A stretch of DNA of 64,000 bases, taken from the NCBI GenBank assembly GCA_021807125.1, contig JAKAPK010000001.1, positions 54,354-118,353 on the forward strand, in the 5' to 3' direction. The translations under genes were made by a program, and so were the position numbers. Shown here in pieces: positions 20,123-26,692 of this stretch. Positions within the stretch are counted from its first letter, which is position 1; the number at the start of each line of letters is the position of its first letter. Source of the DNA: Nanobdellota archaeon (GTDB lineage: Archaea > Nanobdellota > Nanobdellia > Parvarchaeales > Parvarchaeaceae). Under the pieces are notes generated by a model, which saw only the letters and a list, made by a program, of their open reading frames with translations, was not told where the DNA came from and made no database searches.

Positions 20123-20503
20123 ATGGATTTACCAATAGATAAGTTCCTGAACGTCTTCAAGAGAAAAGTTGACCTTGAGGACTCGAATGAATATGTAGAA
20201 CTTGAAGTTGAACAGAAGGATAAGCCCACTACAAAGTTATTCGTGAAATACTATACTGTCAATAAGTTTGAAGATTCCGCGTCGGTTTTAAATGATATCC
20301 GTTCCGGATATACTCTTTCTTTCGTAAGAGTAAAAGATTTGAGAGAAAAGGGCGGCATAGACGAACTTAAGAGGACCATATCCAAACTTAAGAAAAGTGC
20401 GGATGCAGCCGAGGCGCAGATAGTCGGCATAGACGAAGATTACGTGCTTATAGTTCCTAATTTTGTAAAAGTCGAGAAGGGAAACGTTTTAACCAACGCT
20501 TGA
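20123..20503 (+). CDS. sepF: Cell division protein SepF-like (DUF552)
   Basis: 126 aa. Architecture F.DSASVLNDIRSGYTLSFVRVKDL......ELKRTISKLKKSADAAEAQIVGIDEDYVLIVP is typical of SepF. Confidence 0.75.
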   Translation: MDLPIDKFLNVFKRKVDLEDSNEYVELEVEQKDKPTTKLFVKYYTVNKFEDSASVLNDIRSGYTLSFVRVKDLREKGGIDELKRTISKLKKSADAAEAQIVGIDEDYVLIVPNFVKVEKGNVLTNA

Positions 20504-20839
20504 ATCGCCTTTTTCTTTGTGCGATTCTGCTACATAAGCTACGGCTATAGCCTTGTTTTCGTCCCTGTCCTTTACAATGTTTAGTTTCGTCAGCTTTTCG
20601 TCGGCTTCTTTAATATCTGTATCCTTAATCTCGCCTACTTTTACGGCATTGAAGGAATAATACACATCATCAAATAAATCCGCAGCACTGCCTTCAACAC
20701 CTACGACGTCTGGCTTTGCAGTTGAGAGTACCTTAAGCAAGTCGTTTACGTCCTTTAAGCGATATATCTGAACCGAGTTTCCTATTATTACGGCCAACAC
20801 TATCTGTTTTCGACTCAACAATATCCCTGCGCTTTTCAT
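20489..20839 (-). CDS. Hypothetical protein
   Basis: 116-aa ORF with no recognised motif. Its 5' 107 nt overlap the 3' end of the upstream methyltransferase ORF in another frame. Confidence 0.4.
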   Translation of the reverse strand: MKSAGILLSRKQIVLAVIIGNSVQIYRLKDVNDLLKVLSTAKPDVVGVEGSAADLFDDVYYSFNAVKVGEIKDTDIKEADEKLTKLNIVKDRDENKAIAVAYVAESHKEKGDSSVG

Positions 20840-21398
20840 GTATCCTTACAAGAATCAATTCCTCGAAGAAGAACTTCTTAGAATCAAGTATACTGTACTC
20901 TAAATTATTAGATTCTATCTCTTTATAAACTTTTTCCAAGCTGTGAGCACTAGACAGAATTAAGAAAGCCATGCCGCCCTTGTAAAGGTGGGATTTAATT
21001 TCTTTGATGACTCTTATGGTTAATTCTTGTCCCTCCTTTCCACCTATAGTTGACAAGTCCAGAGAAGTTGAAACAGAACTGTTATCCGGGAGATACGGCG
21101 GGTTCATCAATATTATGTCGAATTTCTCGTTTTGTAAATTTTTAAAGGCGTCAGATTTAATTACTCTTGCGTTTTTTATGCCGTTCTTTTTTATATTGTG
21201 TTTTATCAGTTTTATAGCCGCATCACTGATGTCAGTAAGAACTACGCTTTCAGCAGATTCCGAAGCATTCAATCCTATCACACCAGTTCCCGCAAACATG
21301 TCCAAAACCCTGCCGCGCGCATATTTTACGGCTTCTAATAATAGCAAAGAATCATCCGATACAGGGTAAACGTCGTCGCTTTCATCTATTTGTGCCAT
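20733..21398 (-). CDS. HemK/Mtq2-type (NPPY) SAM-dependent methyltransferase, probable release-factor glutamine methyltransferase
   Basis: 221 aa. DVYPVSDDSLLLLEAV, motif I VLDMFAGTGVIGL, motif IV DIILMNPPYLP, GGKEGQE. Similarity ends near LILVRI, about 35 aa before the stop. Confidence 0.8.
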   Translation of the reverse strand: MAQIDESDDVYPVSDDSLLLLEAVKYARGRVLDMFAGTGVIGLNASESAESVVLTDISDAAIKLIKHNIKKNGIKNARVIKSDAFKNLQNEKFDIILMNPPYLPDNSSVSTSLDLSTIGGKEGQELTIRVIKEIKSHLYKGGMAFLILSSAHSLEKVYKEIESNNLEYSILDSKKFFFEELILVRIHEKRRDIVESKTDSVGRNNRKLGSDISLKGRKRLA

Positions 21399-21407
21399 AC
21401 ACCGATT

Positions 21408-21830
21408 TCATAGGAGTTCGTTCAAATGGACTTCGTATTCGTTTTCAAATGGAAAGTAATGCCTTGAAGTTTTACAGGGCAATTTTTTGCCGGTTTTTCC
21501 GGCGTTTATAACATCTTCTTTTGTTATGTTTTTGTACTCTTCACGCCAATGACCTACTGTTATAGAATCGTCGCCGTAATCTACAGTTATGGCAGGAACG
21601 TATCGTGCGTTTAGCTTTTTCAGTGCGTTGTATCTATGATGTCCATCGAGTATAACCATAGACTTTGCGTCAACAACTATAGGTTTTACATAGCGGTTCT
21701 TTTGTATTTCTATCCGTAAGTCGTCCACATGTTTTGGATCAATCTCTTCATGTTCTTTAAGCAACCTTAGTTCAAGCAGACTAAATTCCATAATAGGATT
21801 AGATTTAATCCAAATTAAAGCTTGCTGCAC
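21408..21830 (-). CDS. ParB/sulfiredoxin-fold domain protein
   Basis: 140 aa. L.EHEEIDP..V..L...I.....V.PIVVD....VILDGHHRYNALKKL (ParB N-terminal-like DGHHR motif). Confidence 0.6.
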   Translation of the reverse strand: MQQALIWIKSNPIMEFSLLELRLLKEHEEIDPKHVDDLRIEIQKNRYVKPIVVDAKSMVILDGHHRYNALKKLNARYVPAITVDYGDDSITVGHWREEYKNITKEDVINAGKTGKKLPCKTSRHYFPFENEYEVHLNELL

Positions 21831-22088
21831 GCTTTTAAAACATTAATACGTAAGATATGCATGCAACATCCAATAACGATAGAGATAATACTTGCTTCTA
21901 TAGTGGCGTCATTCATAGAAGATTATATAGCTTCACTTTTCGGATATTTCATTTTTTCCCTTAGTTTAGCAACATTGATTTTTATAACGCTATTTGCTGC
22001 GGTAGAAATAGTACTTGCACTGTTTGTGCTGGAATTGCTTATACATTTCAAACGCAGGATTAAGACATACAGGGGGCTTTTGCCTTAA
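21822..22088 (+). CDS. Small membrane protein
   Basis: The 88-aa ORF has two hydrophobic helices. The likely start is the ATG at 21861 (MQHPITIE). Confidence 0.4.
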   Translation: MLHAFKTLIRKICMQHPITIEIILASIVASFIEDYIASLFGYFIFSLSLATLIFITLFAAVEIVLALFVLELLIHFKRRIKTYRGLLP

Positions 22089-22165
22089 TTATCGGCACGC
22101 ATGCCTCTCAATTCCAAATATATAGGGTAATCTATAAATACACACCACTGCAATTATCTGATAAT

Positions 22166-22681
22166 ATGAGAATACCCATGTTGATACTGATAGGATTGGC
22201 TGTATCAAGTATAGTGCTTATTTTAGCAGTCGGCCTCTTGTCTCCAAAGGGCAGCCAGGCCATATCCCCTTATTATTGGAATCAATCTTCGTCCGTTTCA
22301 GCCAGTCATAATTCTAATTACTCGTCCATAAATTATGTGTCTAATTGTACGTCACCGAATATTAATTTTTCTTATTATGGTGCTATATCAAACGTATCCG
22401 CCAAAACCGGATCCTCATCGATATCTGAGCTATATGTTACAAATAAAGGCAATGTTACTGAAAATGTAAGTATTTCTGCTACGCCAATCGGGACCGTGCC
22501 ATTTAAGGTTGAGGTGCCTGGGTCGGTCATGGACAACGTAAGTAGCACCGTTTATTTCCAATATGTGCTGCCTAACCTCCAGACAACAGGGCAATACCAG
22601 ATACAAATGCGCATAGTTGCCATACACGGAGACTGTGAGAAATCAGTTTCATTTCCTGTGTCGATAAACATAACAAGTTAA
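22166..22681 (+). CDS. Secreted or anchored Ser/Asn-rich protein with many N-x-S/T sequons
   Basis: 171 aa. N-terminal hydrophobic segment MLILIGLAVSSIVLILAVGLL. About ten sequons (NQS, NYS, NCT, NFS, NVS, NVT, NIT). The beta-rich C-terminal half resembles CARDB/DUF11-type domains. Confidence 0.55.
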   Translation: MRIPMLILIGLAVSSIVLILAVGLLSPKGSQAISPYYWNQSSSVSASHNSNYSSINYVSNCTSPNINFSYYGAISNVSAKTGSSSISELYVTNKGNVTENVSISATPIGTVPFKVEVPGSVMDNVSSTVYFQYVLPNLQTTGQYQIQMRIVAIHGDCEKSVSFPVSINITS

Positions 22682-22690
22682 TAAATATCG

Positions 22691-23032
22691 ATGGAAGGTA
22701 ACGTAATAAAAGAACGTAAAATAAGCGATATAAACATGGCAAACGACAATAGGGTGCGCGTTGTCGGCAAAATAGAGAAAATAGATCAAAAAACAGGCAT
22801 TTTTGTCATATCCGACGCAAGCGGTGCTAACCTTACATGCTTGCCTTCGCCAGTGCAGGAGAACATACCGCAGGCGGGCAGTTTGGTAGTATTGACAGGA
22901 AGAGCAACATCCGCTGGAGAAGAAGAAATTGAACTTCGCACTGAACATGTCGAACAAATATCCGAGAAAGAATATTTAAATTACTATAATTATTTAAATC
23001 TAAAGGAGGAACTGATTAAGCAATGGAAGTAG
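22691..23032 (+). CDS. OB-fold protein (single OB, RPA-small-subunit-like)
   Basis: 113 aa. VRVVGKIEKIDQKTGIFVISDASGANLTC...GSLVVLTGRA is a typical OB-barrel pattern. Overlaps the PCNA start by 10 nt. Confidence 0.5.
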   Translation: MEGNVIKERKISDINMANDNRVRVVGKIEKIDQKTGIFVISDASGANLTCLPSPVQENIPQAGSLVVLTGRATSAGEEEIELRTEHVEQISEKEYLNYYNYLNLKEELIKQWK

Positions 23033-23763
23033 AGATAAAAGACATAGAACTCTTCAAAAAATTGATGGATACTGTCGGCAGCCTGATGCAGGACGTGTCA
23101 CTTGACTTCAACGAGAGTGGATTCGCAGTTAGAGCGATGGATCCCGCAAACATAGCGATGATATTATTCGATGGTAAAAAAGGACTCTTCTCGAAGTTTG
23201 AAGTCGATAAACCAACAAAGATATCCGTTTCTCTGATAGATATGAACAGCATATTAAAGTTCGTTAGGAAGGACGACAGGCTAAAATTAACAGAAGCAAA
23301 AGGAAAACTGCACATGGATGTCCTCGGCAAAAATAAAATGAGTTTCGTTATACCTCTGATAGATGAGAATTACACCGCTCAAAAGATTCCGCAGCTTAAT
23401 TTCACCGCGGAAGCGACCCTTTTAAGTTCAGTCGTAAAGGAAGCACTAAAAGTAGGTTTAACAGTCGACGATTCTCTTTCATTCACTATAGATGGACACA
23501 AGCTATCATTAAGCGCAAAGAGTGAAGAGAAGGAATTTTTAGAAGAGCTGAACATAAACGAGAACAAAGAATTGTTTGACTTAAAGAGCGAAGGCCTGAC
23601 AAAGTCTAAATTCTCGATAGAGTACCTTAGCAAGTTTTTCGTTTCTATCGACCCGGAAAAGCAGGTCAAGCTTTCAATGTCTAACAACTATCCTTTGAGG
23701 CTGGACCACGAGTTCAGCGAAGACGCGAAGATAGCTATGGTTCTCGCGAACCGTCTTGAGTAA
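23023..23763 (+). CDS. pcn: DNA polymerase sliding clamp PCNA
   Basis: 246 aa. FKKLMDTVGSLMQDVSLDFNESGFAVRAMDPANIAMILFD and a two-domain length typical of archaeal PCNA. Confidence 0.85.
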   Translation: MEVEIKDIELFKKLMDTVGSLMQDVSLDFNESGFAVRAMDPANIAMILFDGKKGLFSKFEVDKPTKISVSLIDMNSILKFVRKDDRLKLTEAKGKLHMDVLGKNKMSFVIPLIDENYTAQKIPQLNFTAEATLLSSVVKEALKVGLTVDDSLSFTIDGHKLSLSAKSEEKEFLEELNINENKELFDLKSEGLTKSKFSIEYLSKFFVSIDPEKQVKLSMSNNYPLRLDHEFSEDAKIAMVLANRLE

Positions 23764-23778
23764 GCATCGACATTATAT

Positions 23779-24225
23779 TCACGGCCCTATAAAAAGCAAA
23801 CTGTCTTCATAGATATCTATATTTCTCAAAAGTTCAGGCAGACTTTGTATGTCCACACCGTAAATTTTGCCGCCAAACGAATTATACTTAAGCAGAGAGC
23901 TGCTTCTGTTTCTGGTTATCAATAATACAAAGATCTTTCTCTGGCCAAGGACACTTCTTTTTGCAATAAGCGCATTTGCACGGGAAACCTGACTTTTTAT
24001 AAAATCCTCTTCTTTTTTGGGAGATATATAAGAATGATCCTTGCAGTCTACTACGAAGCACTTGCCACTGTCGTAGGCTATAAGATCTATTTGGAACCGT
24101 TTCGGTTTATTTAGATGCAGGTCCTGTTCTACGGTGTAATCAAATTTATTGAAAATATCCGCTACATCATTTTCGAATTTTTTCCAATCTAATTTTTTCG
24201 CTTTGAAGTCCGCGTCAAAAAACAT
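23779..24225 (-). CDS. PD-(D/E)xK nuclease-fold protein (Hjc/Mrr-like)
   Basis: 148 aa. FENDVADIF (E), QIDLIAYD (D), FVVDCKDH (D-x-K), in the order and spacing of Hjc/restriction-endonuclease cores. Confidence 0.5.
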   Translation of the reverse strand: MFFDADFKAKKLDWKKFENDVADIFNKFDYTVEQDLHLNKPKRFQIDLIAYDSGKCFVVDCKDHSYISPKKEEDFIKSQVSRANALIAKRSVLGQRKIFVLLITRNRSSSLLKYNSFGGKIYGVDIQSLPELLRNIDIYEDSLLFIGP

Positions 24226-24251
24226 ATTATGTCTATACTATATATATGGAT

Positions 24252-24322
24252 TGCATCGACCGGGATTCGGACCCGGGTTACCACCGTGGCAGGGTGGTGT
24301 CTTACCACTGGACTATCGATGC
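24252..24322 (-). tRNA. tRNA-Gly (anticodon GCC)
   Basis: Hand-folded. Acceptor GCATCGA/TCGATGC plus A. Anticodon arm CCACC-CTGCCAC-GGTGG. T arm CCGGG-TCCGAAT-CCCGG, where the T loop has C at position 55. 71 nt, no CCA. Confidence 0.8.
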
Positions 24323-24642
24323 TTTCTTCTACCTTTAACTATCCTATAATATAGATATATGCCACTAATAAAATTATCTATCGTCTTCTCTATTTTAGAA
24401 ACGGTTATTAGCTCTATTACGAAAAGGACTGCAGCAATAACAGAGATTATAAGGGAATACGGGTAAAAGAAGTCTGCGTAATAAAAGACGGCAGAGACAA
24501 TTGCCGTCGTGGCCAAACCTACTTTAAAACCCTGTAAAAAACTGACTGCAGTGCCTATGAATATAAGAGCAATGAAACCGTAGAATACATCCGGATCGAA
24601 CTGCTGTAAGACCAATATACTGAATTCCAGCGCATTTACCAT
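24313..24642 (-). CDS. Small membrane protein
   Basis: 109 aa with three hydrophobic helices. The last 10 nt overlap the 5' end of tRNA-Gly. Confidence 0.45.
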   Translation of the reverse strand: MVNALEFSILVLQQFDPDVFYGFIALIFIGTAVSFLQGFKVGLATTAIVSAVFYYADFFYPYSLIISVIAAVLFVIELITVSKIEKTIDNFISGIYLYYRIVKGRRKHR

Positions 24643-24646
24643 AAAT

Positions 24647-25039
24647 CTACAATAGTTTCAACTTAGACGTTATAGAATCTATTTTATCACTGTAATAAGG
24701 TCCTATGCCTATAGCAGTTTCCGTGCCGGGAGGAACCTGTGTTTGTCCAGCGTCTCTTACTACAAAGTGAGGTATGCCACTGTTTTTAAGCAGTTTTTTT
24801 ATTTCTCCAAAGCTTTCTTCGCTTTCTGCTTTAAGCACTATCTTGGTCCCGCCTTCATTAAGCCACGTGTTAACCATGTCGCGATCGTTTTTTTCGGCCC
24901 TGATGAAACTTAGAAGACTCGCGTGACATGATTGTGCGGCGATTTTGCCAACCCCCATTTTAAGGTCTTTTCTAACTATTATAACCTGTTTTATTTCCGT
25001 TTTTCTGTCGACATTATCGCGTTTGCTGAACGTTTTCAT
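24647..25039 (-). CDS. pth: Peptidyl-tRNA hydrolase, archaeal type (Pth2)
   Basis: 130 aa. KQVIIVRKDLKMGVGKIAAQSCHASL...GIPHFVVRDAGQTQVPPGTETAIGIGP. Confidence 0.85.
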   Translation of the reverse strand: MKTFSKRDNVDRKTEIKQVIIVRKDLKMGVGKIAAQSCHASLLSFIRAEKNDRDMVNTWLNEGGTKIVLKAESEESFGEIKKLLKNSGIPHFVVRDAGQTQVPPGTETAIGIGPYYSDKIDSITSKLKLL

Positions 25040-25143
25040 ACCACTTTTCTGTTAACCCACAGCGTATAATTCATATATAGTATGTTAGTATTTAATAACT
25101 GAGGTGTAAAACTTATAAATACGAGTAAACATTAAAATTTACG

Positions 25144-25320
25144 ATGGAAGAAAATAAAGACACCAAGTTATGCGCATCGTGCGGCTTAGATATAATCGCA
25201 ATAAAGGATTCTGTAGTATTCAAGTGTCCAAACTGCTCCAATACTCTGTCAAGATGTGGGAAATGCAGGATAAAAGGGGTAAAATACACCTGTACTGTGT
25301 GCGGGTTCACAGGGCCTTAA
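25144..25320 (+). CDS. Zn-ribbon protein (COG2888-like, translation-associated), not in the ORF track
   Basis: My translation gives MEENKDTKLCASCGLDIIAIKDSVVFKCPNCSNTLSRCGKCRIKGVKYTCTVCGFTGP (58 aa). It has four CxxC pairs and lies directly upstream of aEF-1beta, a conserved archaeal neighbourhood. Confidence 0.65.
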   Translation: MEENKDTKLCASCGLDIIAIKDSVVFKCPNCSNTLSRCGKCRIKGVKYTCTVCGFTGP

Positions 25321-25323
25321 ATT

Positions 25324-25596
25324 ATGGCAAAAGTTATACTGAACATAAAGGCTCTGCCGAAGGATCCCTCACAGGATGTCAAAGTATTAAGTTCATCTGT
25401 AAAGGACTTCTTATCAAAACACGGAGTCGTGTACAAAATGGATGTACAGCCACTTGCATTTGGGCTCAATGTCCTTAATGTAACTCTGATAACTGAGGAA
25501 GCCGAGGGAACTTCTAAGCTGGAAGCGGCATTTCAGACCTTTAAGGAAGCGGAACTATCAATAACCGACGTCTCTAGGATGTTAGAAGAGCCTTGA
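25324..25596 (+). CDS. ef1b: Elongation factor 1-beta (aEF-1beta)
   Basis: 90 aa. MAKVILNIKALPKDPS......V.K..VQPLAFGLNVLNVTLITEEAEG. Confidence 0.8.
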   Translation: MAKVILNIKALPKDPSQDVKVLSSSVKDFLSKHGVVYKMDVQPLAFGLNVLNVTLITEEAEGTSKLEAAFQTFKEAELSITDVSRMLEEP

Positions 25597-25599
25597 ACC

Positions 25600-26664
25600 T
25601 TATTGCTGTTTAATGCTTGAATGAATTAGTTCTTTGAATTTCTCTATAAATCTATCCTTATCTTCTGCCCTTATAGTACAACCTGCTGCGGCATCGTGTC
25701 CGCCGCCTTCTCCCTCCATCGTCTGGAAGATTTGTCGGAAAATAGACGGAAGTTTTATTCTTTTGTCGTTAGTGCGCATGTTTAATCTTATGCTGTCACC
25801 GTGTATCTTTCGTATGAACACTATCACCTTATCATAATACTTTTGAGTATGACTGAGCGCCGTTGCAACAGAAGTCGAATACCTGCTTTTCTGTCCGCCA
25901 ATTTCGAAGAAATATATCAACTGATCTGAAGTTTCCGCTTCTTTTTCAAATTTTTCAGTTATTTCTTTGAAATGTCTGGCTATCTCTAGGCGCACTTTTT
26001 TTAGTTTTGGGTTGTTTATAAGTTCATCAACGGAATTGGCTATTAACAAATTTTCAAGAGCCTCTTCTAGGCCGCTTCTTCCGCCGTGTATCTGCATAGC
26101 GGTTATCGTTGAACTAGCACATCCAAAATCGTTGTCGTAGAGGAATACGTCATTCTTCAGTTTAACGTCGTATCTTTTTGCGGCCTCTTTTATGAATTCC
26201 GGGTTTTCTCTTCCACCTGAATCGCTGACTATGCCCACTGCAGCTATCCACATGGTGTCGTCACAGTACTCCCTCAATAGCTCGTATACAAGTAACGAAC
26301 AAGGTGTATACTTCTGGTCACTCCACATTTTAGGGTTTATGTAGAGTACGTTGCCGGGTTTAATAAGTTCATGGTGGTCAACTATACACAGATTGAATTT
26401 TTTAAAAAGCCGCAGATCGTCCTCCTTGACGAACATATCGCATATTATTATGTTATTATTGAATTCCGACAGATCCATGTTCTCAAAGTCTTCATAGTTA
26501 GTAGGTCGATAAGCGTATACGCTTTTTCCCATCGCGTTTATTGCTTTAGAAAGTATGGTAGCTGATGTTACCCCGTCACCATCAGTATGATAAAATATCG
26601 AGAAAGAGTCACCGGATTTTAGAAAGTCTATGAACTTGCTTCTTTGCTCGTCAAAATTAGCCAT
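25600..26664 (-). CDS. DHH/DHHA1 family phosphoesterase (RecJ/NrnA-like), copy 1
   Basis: 354 aa. FYHTDGDGVTSATIL (DHH motifs I/II), CIVDHH (motif III), GGGHDAAAG (DHHA1). Confidence 0.8.
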   Translation of the reverse strand: MANFDEQRSKFIDFLKSGDSFSIFYHTDGDGVTSATILSKAINAMGKSVYAYRPTNYEDFENMDLSEFNNNIIICDMFVKEDDLRLFKKFNLCIVDHHELIKPGNVLYINPKMWSDQKYTPCSLLVYELLREYCDDTMWIAAVGIVSDSGGRENPEFIKEAAKRYDVKLKNDVFLYDNDFGCASSTITAMQIHGGRSGLEEALENLLIANSVDELINNPKLKKVRLEIARHFKEITEKFEKEAETSDQLIYFFEIGGQKSRYSTSVATALSHTQKYYDKVIVFIRKIHGDSIRLNMRTNDKRIKLPSIFRQIFQTMEGEGGGHDAAAGCTIRAEDKDRFIEKFKELIHSSIKQQ

Positions 26665-26692
26665 TAGGGTTTATACACACCGCCCTGTACTC

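Noticed and set aside
24149-24349. 66-aa plus-strand ORF
   Set aside because: It runs across tRNA-Gly on the opposite strand and across the start of the nuclease gene. It is best explained by the tRNA sequence.
25113-25478. Track ORFs 25113-25310 (minus) and 25170-25478 (plus)
   Set aside because: They overlap the Zn-ribbon gene and the ef1b gene in other frames. Those two frames have conserved motifs and tight gene spacing.
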